This document shows, piece after piece, positions 1 to 11,994 of a stretch of 64,000 nucleotides of DNA. Positions within the stretch are counted from its first letter, which is position 1. The number at the start of each line of letters is the position of its first letter. The stretch is from NCBI RefSeq assembly GCF_004010195.1, contig NC_057711.1:77329471-77393470 (forward strand). The letters are read 5' to 3'. The notes under the pieces are model-generated. The model was not told the DNA's origin and did not search any database. It worked only from the letters and a program-made list of their open reading frames with translations. The translations under genes and the position numbers were made by a program. This stretch comes from Chiloscyllium plagiosum. Taxonomy: Eukaryota.

Positions 1-495
1 GATAGGGGTGGGGTGGGAAATATATCTCTGGTTACAGGGTCCATTTGTAGGTGGCGGAAATGGCAGAGGATGATGCAATGTATAAGAAGGTTGGTGGGTG
101 AAAGGTGAGGACTGGGGGGGGGTGGTTTCTGTCCTTGTTACAATTGAAGGGGTGGGGTTCATCAATCCTGTGGGAGGGAAAATTGCGGTCTTTAAAGAAG
201 GAGGCCATCTGGTGTGTTCTGTAGTGGGATTGGTCCTCCTGGTAGCAGATGCGGTGGAGGCAGAGGAATTGGGAATAAGGGATAGCATTTTTGCAGGAGG
301 CAGGGTGGGAGGTGGTGTAATCCAGGTAGCTGTGGGATTCAGTGGGTTTGTAGAAAATGCCAATGTCGAGTCGGTCACCTTTGATGGAGATGGAGAGGTC
401 CAGGAAGGGGAGGGAGATGTCAGAGATGGTCCAGGTGAATTTAACATGGGGGTGAAAAGTGTTGGTGAAGTTGACTAACTGTTCAACTTCCTTGT
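1..495 (-). mobile_element. Penelope-like element, decayed RT/linker fragment (inverted arm, runs off the window start)
   Basis: Reverse complement reads as PLE RT C-terminal sequence (NFTNTFHP..FTWTIS-type). Bases ~5-100 are the reverse complement of ~505-600. Confidence 0.85.
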
Positions 496-1405
496 GGGAG
501 CACCTTCCACCCCGCCAACCTCCAAATATATCGCATCATCCTCCACCATACAAACGGACCCCACCACCAGAGATATATTTCCCACCCCACCCCTATCCGC
601 TCTCCGTAAAGGCTGTTCCCTCCACGACTATCTTGTCAGGTCCACGCCTCCCAACAACCAACCCTCCCCTCCCACTGCCACCACAGGAATTGCAAAACCT
701 GCACCCACACCTCCATCCTCACCTCTGTCCTAGGCCCTAAAGGAGCCTTCCACATTCAACGTTTCACCTGCACTTACACACATCATTTACTGTATCCATT
801 GCTCCTGATGTGGTCCCCTCTACATTAGGGAGACTGGATACCTACTTGCAGAGAACATCTCTGGGACACCCGCACCAACCAACCCCACCACCCCGTGGCC
901 GAACACTTCAACTCCCCCTCACACTCTGCCAAGGGCATGCAGGTCTTGGGCCTCCTCCATCACCACTCCCTCACCACGTGACATCTGGAGGAAGAATGCC
1001 TCATCTTCTGCCTCGGGACCCTCCAACCCCATGGCATCAATGTGGATTTCACCAGTTTCCACATTTCCCCTCCCCCACCTTATCGCAGTTCCAACCTTCC
1101 AGCTCAGAATCACCCTCATGACCTCCCTGTCCATCTTCCTTCCCACCTGTATGCTCCACCCTCCCCTCCTACCTATCACCTTTACCCCCACCTCAATCCA
1201 CCTATTGCACTTTTAGCTACCATCCCCCCAGTCCTAGCCCCACGTCCAGCCCACTCCCATTTATCTCTCCACCCCTAAGGCTCCCAGCCTCATTTCTGAT
1301 GGAAAATGTCAGTTTTCATGCTCCTTGGATGCTGCTGACCTGCTGTGCTTTTTCAGCACCCCACTTGACTCTAATCTCCAGCATCTGCAGTCCTCACTTT
1401 CACCT
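496..1405 (+). mobile_element. Penelope-like element 3' part: linker, GIY-YIG endonuclease remnant and pseudo-LTR tail
   Basis: QTDPTTRDIFPTPPLSALRK..SLHDYLVRS linker; IIYCIHCS*CGPLYIRETG GIY-YIG motif at ~782-838; tail gatgctgctgacctgctgtgc...ccagcatctgcagtcctcactttc shared with other copies in the window. Confidence 0.9.
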
Positions 1406-1407
1406 AA

Positions 1408-1565
1408 TAGTTTTATGGTCATCATTAAACCCCAAATTTGTGATACCTATTGAATTCAAATTCCACTAACTGCCAATGACAGGATTCGAACCCAGGTGCC
1501 CAAAAGATCACCTGGGTCTCTGGATTAATAGTCTAGGGATAATACCACTATGCCATCACCTCCCT
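1408..1565 (-). mobile_element. tRNA-derived SINE 5' part (SacSINE1/Deu-SINE-like)
   Basis: Reverse B-box-like ggattcgaaccc; similar to the 5' part of the SINE at 14310-14580. Confidence 0.6.
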
Positions 1566-2904
1566 TTAATGAAATTCAACAGGAGTAAACTGGTGAACTG
1601 GGCATCAGGGCAGGCTCAGGGTACTTCTGACAGGAGAACTTCCATGGAGAAAAATTGCCACGGAAGAAATGTGAAACTAAGTTTATGTGTATCCATAGCA
1701 CATAGCTTCCTCAGAAATTACCTAATGAGATGTATTGTACAAACATGATAGACTGAATGGCCTTTTTAGTGCCATATATATTCTGTGGGATGAGTTTACA
1801 TATTAGAAAAGAACATACCTAAATAACTGTTCTACCTCTTATTCCTAGGTAATGACCAAACACCCCTCCCTTATCACATTCTTGTAAGAAAATAAATTGA
1901 TGAAATTGAATGTCTCAGTAACTCAATGATTAGGTCGAGGATTTTGTTTGCAATGTTACACGCACATCAGAAAGAAATAGTGAAATCAATAATAATATTA
2001 TTGATTGTAACGAAGTCAGCCATATGGACATCATAAAATATGAGTTCCCTGATTGGGCTGTTGACCTGGTCCAATCAGGAAGCCATGGCTGACAAATAAG
2101 AACAGGAGTGTCAGACATCCTCATACTCTGATACCTGGCTCTGAGGGAGCTGAATCAGTGTCAAGGACTTTCTATGTGCAAATGTAAGGAGATCTGTTGA
2201 CGAGGTACTGCCCTCAATGGAGTTACTTCAGTGGCAATGAGAGTAAAGCACATCCTGAAGAAACTCACTTGCGATAGTAGTCCTTGAGTTGCTTACATCA
2301 TGCAATTATTTAGGAGGCTTCACTTGTTCGACCCAGCTGTCAAAGACTGAGCCCAGTTTGTGGAAAGAATGCATTATTTTCTCCGGACAAATTAGTAATC
2401 CACCTGATAGCTTGTGGACCCACATCTTTTTCAGATATTAAAAGCATAACTTTCCCTGAGGCACCAGATACTGAAACCCTTCAAGAATTGACAGATTTAG
2501 TTAAGGAATGTTATGAACCTGAGTTTCCTCTAATTCTGAGACATTATTATTTTTATTTGGCAGTTCAAGAACCAAGGGAATTCATATCAGGAGTTTTAAC
2601 CAAGATGAGTAGCAGAGGGATATGACTTTGGATTAACCCTTAATGAGCTGCTGAGAGACTGTTTGCTATGTGGGATTAATGGCGTAACCATGCATAAGCG
2701 TCTACAAGCTGAAGCACAACTGGACTTCAAACAAGCACTGCAACTGGCCCTGTTATTGGAAAATGCGGCAAGTGGAGCATATGAGTTGCAGGGTATTCTG
2801 GCATGCAAGAGTAAAGGCAGAAATCAGAAGGCTGAAAAGAAAATGAATCATCAAACCAGTACAGTTTGCGGAATCGGCAGCACAGGTTATACTGACTGTA
2901 AAGC

Positions 2905-3130
2905 TCAGATTAGAGTGGTGCTGGAAAAGCACAGCAGGCCAGGCAGCATCCAAGGAGCAGGAAAATCAACGTTTCAGGCAAAAGCCCTTTTTCAGGCTCA
3001 TTCCTGGTGAAGGGCTTTTGCCCAAAACGTTGATTTTCCTGCTCCTCAGATGCTGCATGACCTGCTGTGCTTTTCCAGTACCACTCTAATCTAGACTCTA
3101 ATCTGCAGCATCTGCAGTACCCATTTCTGC
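2905..3130 (+). mobile_element. Fold-back PLE pseudo-LTR mini-insertion inside the Gypsy RT
   Basis: Arms ~2907-2996 and ~3003-3093 are inverted repeats. TSD ctgactgtaaagc (2892-2904) / ctgattgaaaagc (3131-3143). Confidence 0.85.
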
Positions 3131-5810
3131 CTGATTGAAAAGCCCGATGAGTTGCTTGGCCTTTGTGGGGATTTTAAACAAATAGTAAAGCTCCTTTCGC
3201 AGCTGGAACCCCTCACATAGTGGATTTATATGCAAAGCCGACAATGGTTCTGACCTTCACAAAGCTGGACATGAGTCACACATACTGGCAGTTGCGGTTA
3301 GATGAGGATTACAAGAAGTATGCTACAATTAATACCCATTAGGGTTTGAACCATTATATGAGACTGACATTTGGGATATCATCAGCCTGTGCAATTTTTC
3401 AGCGGATGATGGAGAACATTTTACAAGGTTGCCATTTATCTAAATGATGTGCTAATAACATGGAAGACAAATAAGGAGCACTTAGAGATCTTGGACATAG
3501 TTCTCAGACATTTCTTCATGGTGGGTGTATGCCTTAAAAGGGAAAGATGTGTGTTCCAGGCATCCCAAGTGACTTACTTGGGCTACAGAGTCAACAAGTC
3601 TGAGTTACACCTGTTGGAAGATAAAGTGAGGGCAATCAAAGGTGCCCCAGCTCCCACATCTGTACCAAAACTTAACTCTTTCCTTGGGCTGGTGGTGAAT
3701 TATTACAGCAAGTGCATACATTATCTGGCTTCCATCCTGGCACCTCTGCATTAACTCTTTAAAAAAAGGGTCAGTCTTAGAAATTGTCTTGTAGCCAAGC
3801 CATACTTTTCAGGAAGAAACAGTTATCATCTTCTAAGGTGTTGGTTGAGGATGATCCCAAGTCAGATCTTACATTGACATGCGATGCCTCCCCATACAGC
3901 ATCGGGGTAGTATTAGCTCATAAGTGATCCAGTGGAGAAGAATATCTATAGCATATGCATCCCTGTCTTTGGCTAATTTCAGAGCATGAATACATCCAGA
4001 TAGAGAAAGAAGGCTTTGCAGTCATACTTGGAGTCTGCAAGTTCCTTTACAGACATAAATTTTTAATAATAACAGACCACTAACTCCTGCTAGTTATACT
4101 TAGAGAGAACAAGGCTGGGCCACACTTGGTTCAGGTTGCATTCAGAGGTGGGCTGTAATACTAAATGCGTATTGTGTAGCAAGTCGGAACACCATCCAGG
4201 AGGCCAGGTAGTGAATGACGATGCATTGAGCCAACTCCCACCAGCAGATACACCACCGGTAGTATCACCACTGGACAGTCCATAATGATTTCAAATTTTC
4301 TGGACTCGCTTTCTGTCAGAACTGACAATATCAAACTCGAGATGCAGAATGGTCTGGTGCTGGCAGAACTGAAAAAGCTGGTGGTGATTGAGGAAGCCAA
4401 AGTGCTGTCACAACCAGAATTGAAATCTTTTGGACTTGGTGAGTTCAGATTATAGTACAGGTGGCATATTATTATGGAAATCAAGAGTGTTTGTCCCAAG
4501 TAAAGGTCACTGCCAGATATTGGTTGAACTTCACCAGGGTCATCCAGAGATTTCTGAAATGAAGATATTGGCGAGAAGTTACATCTGGTGGCCAGGACTG
4601 GATGCAAACATAGCTACGTGAGTTGGGCAGTGTCCAGAGTGCCAACAAGGATAAAACTTACTGACAGCAGCTCCCTAAATTTATGGGAATAGCTGGGTAA
4701 ACCCTCGACTTGGGGTAACTATGTAGGTCCTTTCATGGGCTCTATGTTCTTAGTCATTGTGGGCATGCATAGAGTTCATTCTCCAACACAGGAACAATGA
4801 TAGAAAAGCTGCGTACATCTTTTGCAATGTACAAATTCCTGAAAGTATTGGTTGTAAATAATGGGCCATTGTTTACCAGCAGGGAATTAGAGTATTTCCT
4901 AAAGTTGAATATTTTTAACACACAAGGACAAATACATATCATCTATCATCCATTGGTCTGGCAGAAAGAGCAGTTCAAACTTTGAAGGATTTAAAGAAAC
5001 AGCTTACAGCTTCACTAGATATCAAACTCTCCTGATTCCTATCTGACTATTGGACCATCTCTCTTGCAACTCCAAGGATAGCTGCAGCAGAATTGCTAAT
5101 GGAGAGAAGACTCCGCACCAAGTTAAACCTGATCTTCCCAGTCCTGGGGAGGGTGAAATGGCATCTGGAATGCCAATGCCAGACACAAGACTCCACTAAA
5201 TGAGACAGACAGTTTATTCAAGGGAAGACTGGTGTAGGCACCATAGGATTGGCCCTGCATGGGTAAGAGACATTGTCGTCGCAAGGTCAGGTCCAGTGAT
5301 GTATAAAGTTCAGGTAAGTGAGATGGCTGCTGGGCCATATGAAAGCTGCAAACTCACAAACAGGGCAGGAGTAAAACATGCCCAGTTTCTTGCAACAGTT
5401 GGAAAGGCTGGCGGAACCTGTCGCTTCTCCCTCTCCATGAAGCATTGCAGAGACCTCAGAATCTGAGATGGAGATGGCAGATGTCACTGCCTCAAGAAGA
5501 AGAGAATTAATTTGCTGCCTGAAGAAGAGAATTAATTTCATCCGAGATGCTCCAGGCACAAGAGGCACGCTATTGTGCATTACACATTGTCCATACCCAA
5601 GGCAGAGTCAGAGGAACCTAAACCAGTGATAAAATGCCCCATCAGGAGCTACAAAACAAAACCGGCCTATGTCCTCAGACTCAAAGAGTGAGGGATGTAA
5701 TGAGTGTAACAAGGTCAGCCAGGTAGACGTCATAGAATGGGAGTTCCCTGATTGTGGCTGTTAATCTGGTACAATCAGGGAGCCTTGGCTGACAGATATA
5801 AACAAGAGGT

Positions 5811-6000
5811 GATCACACAGCATTGCCCTTTGATGTGAAGGGCACTGCTTGTCACTGGCCACTCGGGTGTTTTCCTATCTTCCTGGTGATGGAAATTGAA
5901 TAAAGACTTGTGCACCTTGTTTCTCTCACTGTGTCTCACACCCGCAAAAAAAAGAAAAAAAGAAAAGGAAAAAAAGAAAAGAGAAAAAAAAGAAAAAAAT
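5811..6000 (+). mobile_element. 5'-truncated non-LTR retroelement 3' end with aataaa and A-rich tail, inserted in the Gypsy 3' LTR
   Basis: Absent from the 5' LTR; aataaa at ~5899; ~55-nt A-rich tail; ataaaca on both sides. Confidence 0.7.
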
Positions 6001-6214
6001 AAACAGCAGTACCAAGCATCCTTACAATCTGACAGCAGGTTCTGAGGGAGCTAGATTAGTGTCAAAGACTTTCTACGAGTAAATAAAGGCTGATTTGATG
6101 ACGGAATACTGGCCACTGTGCAGTTATTTCACTTATTATTAAGGATGTTTATGGTTAGTGTCATTCTTAGCAGAGAATACTATTGATAATATTATCTACA
6201 ATGAGCGGAGAAAT

Positions 6215-6502
6215 GAACTAGAGGGCATAGATTTAGGGTGAGAGGGGAAAGATTTAAAAGGGACCTAAAGGGAGAGTTTTTTACGCAGAGGGTGGTGCAT
6301 GTATGGAATGAGCTGCCAGAGGAAGTAGTGGAGACTGGTAAAATTAGAACATTTAAAAGGCATCTGGATGGGTACATGAGGGTTTAGAGGGATATGGGCC
6401 AAGTGCTGACAAATGGGACTAGATTAATTTAGGATATCTGGTCAACATGGACGAGTTGGACCAAAGGTTCCCTTTCCGTGTTGTACATCTCTATGACTTT
6501 AT
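6215..6502 (+). mobile_element. CR1/HER1-type LINE 3' end
   Basis: FFTQRVV.VWNELPEEVVE coding remnant and tail ending ctctatgact. Confidence 0.9.
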
Positions 6503-6789
6503 AGGACTGATAAGCAGTAGTGTCCTGTAAATCTACAGAGTTCAACTATAGGTCCCTCTTTCAAGAAGGGTATTATCTCTGAGCGCCCTCTGGAGGCCAT
6601 CAGAAATGTAAAAAAACTACAAATATAATTTTGTTCCAGTTCACTCTTGGTATTTGGGCATGATGGCATATCCAGCAAGTTCAGAAGGAGGTAAATGGCC
6701 AGGAGAGAAAAAGAATCACCAGAGAAGGCAAAGTGGCCAGACATTTAGGTTAACCTAGGTATTTTAGTTTAAACTGGACTAAGTCTATA

Positions 6790-7138
6790 GGGAGAGTCTG
6801 AATAGGCTGCGGCTGTTTTCCCTGGAGTGTCAGAGGCCGACGGGTGACCTTATAGAGGTTGATAAAATCCTGAGGGGTATGGATAGGGTAAATAGACAAG
6901 GTCTTTTCCTGGGGTGGAGGAGTCTAGAACTAGAGGACATAGGTTTAGGGTGAGAGGGGAAAAATTTAAAAGGAACTGAAGAAACAACCTTTTCACGCAG
7001 AGGGTGGTGCATGTATGGAATGAGCTGCCAGAAGAAGTGGTGGAGGCTGGTACAATTACAACATTAGCAAATGGGACTAGATTCATTTAGGATATCTGGT
7101 CGGCATGGACAAGTCATCTCTATGACTGCATGATTCTA
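6790..7138 (+). mobile_element. CR1/HER1-type LINE 3' end
   Basis: LFSLE.RRLRGDLIEV.K-type and WNELPEEVV motifs; ctctatgact tail. Confidence 0.9.
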
Positions 7139-7489
7139 AGGTATTCTGGGGTTAACATTAACGGAAATTGATCTTGATTAACCAGTTATATGATGGCTAG
7201 AAGAGCAATTGTGGCTAAGAACCTGCAATGAATAACAAAGAAATAAACTTTAAACAAAAAAAATCTTTTATTTAATACATGGATTTTAATGAAATAAATA
7301 CAACAAAGTTAAAAATTGCAAGGCAAGTGGTACATTCCAACTGCAGTATGTGGGAGTTTGTGTATCATGCTGCAGGACAACCATATCTTTAGTTAATGTC
7401 TACATCTCAAGAAACATTAGCTCAGAGAGGAGATTCAGTCAAGAACTGGATGGGTTAAATGTTGATTAAAACTAGAAAATATGGCTTAA

Positions 7490-8168
7490 ATTATAATTGA
7501 TAAGTCATCAGAACTGGAGAAGATAGACACAAGGAACCTGAGAGAAATAAGGGCTGATATTACGGGGGTACTAACCTCAATCTTCAAATCATCTTTAGAT
7601 TCTGGGATGTTGTTGGAGAACTGGAAGATTGTAAATATTATATGCTTGTTCAGAAAAGACTGTAAAGGTCAGTCCAGAAGTATAGACGAATCAATTTAAC
7701 ATTGGGACTGGGAACATCTTTATAAACAATAAGGTCGGGACAAATTTAACAGTCATTTAGACAAGAGTGGATTAATTAAGGGAAGCCATCTTGTTGAAGG
7801 CAAATATTTTAACTTTTGTTTCAGTCAGTAAAAGGGTGATTTGACATAGTATATATGGATTCCAAAAATCATTTGATGAAGTACCAAATAATATTTTTCA
7901 GCAAGTTGTAGTTCATGGAATAAAAGGGACAGAAGCAACATGGGTATAAAGCTAGCTGAGTGACACAAAGAGTAGCTGTGAATTTTTTTTGTTCAGACTG
8001 CACAAAGGGATTCCACTGGGGTTAGGGCTGGGGCCAATGCTTTCCTTGGTGTACAGCAATTTCTTACAGTGCACAATTCCAAAATTTGCAAATGACACAA
8101 AACTTAGAAGCATCATGGACTGTGGGGAAGAAAGAGAAAGAACCCAAGAGGACATGGATAAGTTAGTT
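7490..8168 (+). mobile_element. Old CR1-type LINE RT fragment (resumes at 15321)
   Basis: GIPLGLGLGP..KFANDTKL..QEDMDKL, which is RT domains 4-6. Confidence 0.8.
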
Positions 8169-8510
8169 AGGGTTTGTAAAAAATGTCAGTGTCAAGTCGG
8201 TCATCATTGATGGAGATGGAGAGGTCCAGGAAAGGGAGGGAGGTGTCAGAGATGGTCCAGGTAAATGTAAGGTCAGGGTGGAATGTCTTGGTGAAGTTGA
8301 TGAACTCCTCAACTGCGGAAGCACGAGGTGGCACCAATGCAGTCATCAATGTAGCGGAGGAAGAGGTGGGGAGTGGTGCTGGTGTAATTATGGAAGATGA
8401 ACTCTTCTACGTAGCCAAAAAAGAGGCAGGCAAAGTTGGAGCCCATGCAGGTGCCCATGGCTACCCCTTTCATCTGGAGGATGTGGGTGGATTCGAAGGA
8501 GAAATTGTTA
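8169..8510 (-). mobile_element. Penelope-like RT fragment (inverted arm)
   Basis: Reverse complement matches ~8805-9125 plus ~9301-9322; FINFTKTFHPDLTFTWTISDTSLPFLDLSI. Confidence 0.9.
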
Positions 8511-9405
8511 ATTGTTGTCCTGCCCCACCGAATTCATCTCCACCTACCTCGATATTGTCCTATCCCCCGTGGTCCAGGGACTCCCCACATACATTCGAGA
8601 TACCACCCACACCCTCTGCTTCCTCCAAGACTTCCATTTTCCCAGCCCCCATCAACTCATCTTCACCATGGACATCCAATCCCTCTCCACCTCCATCCAC
8701 CATGACCAGGGCCTCCAAGCCCCCTGTTTCTTCCTCTCCCCATATCGCCAACAGTACCCTTCCACTGACACTCTCATTCGTTTGGCTGAACTGGTCCTCA
8801 CCCTTAACAATTTCTCCTTTGAATCCTCCCACTTCCTCCAGACCAAAGGGGTAGCCATGGGCACCCGTATGGGCCCCAGCTATGTCTGTGTCTTTGTTGG
8901 CTACGTAGAACAGTCCATCTTCCATAGTTACACCGGCACCACTCCTCACCTCTTCCTCCACTACATTGACGACTGCATCAGCGTCACCTCGTGCTCCCGC
9001 GAGGAGGTTGAGCAGTTAGTCAACTTCACCAACACATTCCACCCTGACCTTAAATTCACCTGGACCATCTCTGAGACCTTCCTCCTCTTCCTGAATCTCT
9101 CCATCTCCATCAATCATGACCGACTTTTAGATTAGATTAGATTATATTAGATTAGATTCCCTACAGTGTGGAAACAGGCCCTTTGGCCCAACAAGTCCAC
9201 ACCGACCCTCCGAAGAGTAACCCACCCCCCTCTGACTAATGCATCTAACAACTATGGACAATTTAGCATAGCCAATTCACCTGACCTGCACATCTTTGGA
9301 ACACTGACATTTTTACAAACCCACCAACTCCCACAGCTACCTGGATTACATTTCTTCCCACCCTACCTCCTGCAAAAATGCTGTCCCATATTCCCAATTA
9401 CTCCC
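8511..9405 (+). mobile_element. Penelope-like RT core fragment
   Basis: ORF 8512-9135: FTMDIQSL, GVAMGTRMGPSY, YIDD (PLE RT motifs). Interrupted by a SINE at 9127-9300. Confidence 0.93.
9127..9300 (-). mobile_element. HE1-type SINE, 3' half
   Basis: (ttaga)n tail and reverse complement of the body at 9740-9910. Confidence 0.88.
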
Positions 9406-9479
9406 CGTAATCAGAGGTGAGAAAGAAAAAAGATAAATTTTCTACCCAAGGCTTGAATGGTGAGGTGGAGCAGGCGAGT

Positions 9480-9912
9480 GGACGGCATGGTGGCACATTG
9501 TGGGCGGCACGGTGGCAAAGTGGGCGGCACGGTGGCACAGTGGTTAGCACTGCTGCCTCACAGCGCCAGAGACCCGGGTTCAATTCCCGCCTCAGGCGAC
9601 TGACTGTGTGGAGTTTGCACGTTCTCCCTGTGTCTGCGTGGGTTTCCTCCGGGTGCTCCGGTTTCCTCCCACAGTCCAAAGATGTGCAGGTTCAGGTGAA
9701 TTGGCCATACTGGGTTTCCTCCGGGTGCTCCGGTTCCTCCCACAGTCCAAAGATGTGCAGGTTCAGGTGAATTGGCCATACTAAATTGCCCATAGTGTTA
9801 GGTAAGGGGTAAATGTAGGGGTATGGGAGGGTTTCGCTTCGGCGGGTCGGTGTGGACTTGTTGGGACGAAGGGCCTGTTTCTACACTGTAATCTAATCTA
9901 ATCTAATCTAAT
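9480..9912 (+). mobile_element. HE1-type tRNA-derived SINE with internal duplications
   Basis: A box tggcacagtgg, B box ggttcaattcc, V-SINE-like core gggtttcctccgggtgctccggtttcctccc, (aatct)n tail. Confidence 0.92.
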
Positions 9913-10086
9913 TTCTGAGTGGCCAGAGGGCTATTTGCATGCATTTGGTTGGGTCCTAAAGGACATAGCTGCTAAACTGGGTCTGCGGCAGACATTGAGG
10001 GAACCAACAAGAGGGACAATCATACTTCACCTAATCCTTCCTAATGTGCCAACTGCAGGTGCATCTGTCCATGACAGAATGGGCAA

Positions 10087-10292
10087 AAAAGGAGAAATTG
10101 AGGACTGCAGATGCTGGGGATCTGAGTCGAAGAGTATGGCACTGGAAAGGTATAGCAGGTCAGGCAAAATCTAAGGAGCAGGCGAATCAACGTTTTGGGA
10201 TTCCTGATGAAGGGCTTATGCCCAAAACATCAATTCTCCTGCTCCTTGGATGCTGCCTGACCTGCTGTGCTTTTCTAGTGCCACACTTTTCA
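10087..10292 (-). mobile_element. Fold-back PLE pseudo-LTR mini-insertion
   Basis: Inverted arms around ~10200. TSD acagaatgggcaa (10074-10086) / acagaattggtaa (10293-10305). Confidence 0.85.
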
Positions 10293-11738
10293 ACAGAATT
10301 GGTAAGAGTGACCACTGCACAATCCTTGTGGAGACAAAATCCTGCATTCACATTAAGAATAACCTCCATCATGCTGTGCGACATGATCACCATGCTAAAT
10401 GGGATAGACTTTGAACAGATCTAGAAACTCAAGACTAGGTAACCATGAGGAGCTGTGGGCTATCAGCAACAGCAAAATTGTACTCCAACTCAATCTGAAA
10501 CCTCATAGCCTGGCACATCCCTCACTCCCTTACCATCAAGCCAGGGGATCAACCCTGGTTCACTGGAGAGTGCAGGAGGACATGCCAGGAGCAGCATCGG
10601 CGTCCCTGAAGGTGAGGGGTCAACCTAGTGAAGCTACCAAACAGCAACCAGCATAAGAAGCAAATGATATACAGAGCTAAATGATCCCACACCAATGGGT
10701 CAGATCTAAACTCTCCAGTCCTGCTCCATCCAGTTGTGAATGGTGGTGGATGGCATGCTGGAGGAGGAGACTCCACAAATATCCCCATCCTCAATGGCGG
10801 AAGAGCACAGCAATTTCCAGCCAAAAGTGCTGAGTGGATGATCAGTCTCTGCCCCCACCAATGGTCCCCAGCATCACAGATGCCAGTCATCAGCCAATTC
10901 GCTTCGTTCCACATGATAACAAGAAAGAGTTGGAGACACCAGATGTTGTCAAGGTTATGGGCCCTGACAACATTCCAACAATAGCACTGACGCCTCGTGC
11001 TCCAGTATTTACCAATCCCCTAGCCAAGCTCTTCCTGTATATCTACAAAACTTCCATTTACCAACAACATGGAAAATTACCCAGGTAAAGCCTACAAATG
11101 AAAAGCAGGACAAATTTAACCTGGCCAATATACTCCTCCATCAGTCTACTCTTGATAGTCAGTAAAGTGATAGAAGGTATCATCAACAATGCCATCAAGC
11201 AGCAGCTGGTCAGCAATAACCTGCTCAGTGACGACCAGCTTGGGTTTTGCCAGGGACAGCCACCTCCTGATCTCATTACAACATTGGTTCAAAAATGGAA
11301 AAAAGAGCTGAATTCCAGAAGCGAGCTGAGAGTGACAGCCCTTGACATCAATGCTGCATTCAACCGAGTATGGCATGAAGGAGCTCGAGCAAAGCTGGAA
11401 TCAATGGGCATTTGGGGGGAGGAAAATTCTCCAGTGGTTAGAGTCATATCTGACACATAGGAAGATGATTGTGATTGTGTGATGGAATACTCCCAACTTG
11501 CTGGATGGGTGCTACTCCAACAGCCCTCAAAAGCTTGACATAGTCTCGGCTAAACAATCCATTTAATTGGCACCATGACCACAAACAACTACTCCCTCCG
11601 CCATTAAAACTCAGTAGTAGCAGTAATTACCATCTAAAAGATGTACTGCAGAAATTCACCAAAGATCCTGAGACACCACTTTCCAAACCCATGACCACTT
11701 CCATCTAGAAGGACAAGGGCAGCAGATATATGGGAATA

Positions 11739-11959
11739 AAGTAGTTTCCCCACATCCACGGGGCATACATTCCAAGACATATTGCGGAAGCCCAAAACAG
11801 CAGACAGTAGTGAACCCTTTCATTTAAATGGGAAATTTTACCTCCCGACAGCCCCTGGCTCCTGGTTCTGGAATATTCCATCTAAGATTTTTGGGCCGTG
11901 GCAAACTGTGGATAACTGAAACCACAGAAGCTAATTCTGCAGGTATGGTGGTCATCCTG
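11739..11959. mobile_element. Tigger/pogo-like non-autonomous DNA transposon (MITE)
   Basis: TA on both sides (11737-8, 11960-1); decayed CAGT..CCC..ATCCGCGG-like termini; interrupts the LINE, which rejoins as tgggaa|ta|ctacaactgcaag. Confidence 0.65.
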
Positions 11960-11994
11960 TACTACAACTGCAAGTTACTCTGAAAGCCACTCAC

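Larger units (their letters stand above)
1997..6130 (+). mobile_element. Decayed Gypsy LTR retrotransposon (gag, RT, RNase H, integrase; protease region apparently deleted)
   Basis: LTRs at ~1997-2230 and ~5696-6130, both ending ttca. PBS tggcaatgag follows the 5' LTR (CpG-decayed TGGCGACGAG, tRNA-Ser-like). Purine tract lies before 5696. Peptides IIKPVQFAE..LCGDFK, VTYLGYRV, LTCDASPYSIG, ELHQGHP..MK.LARSYIWWPG. Many stops and frameshifts. Confidence 0.92.

Noticed and set aside
98..478. V/G/E-rich ORFs (also 8183-8510, 56145-56489)
   Set aside because: Antisense frames of Penelope RT sequence, not genes.
9127..9160. Short periodic repeats (ttaga)n and (aatct)n as CRISPR or telomere-like arrays
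   Set aside because: These are SINE 3' tails; no spacers, eukaryotic context.
9520..9600. tRNA-like A/B boxes
   Set aside because: SINE heads, not tRNA genes; they continue into SINE core and tail.
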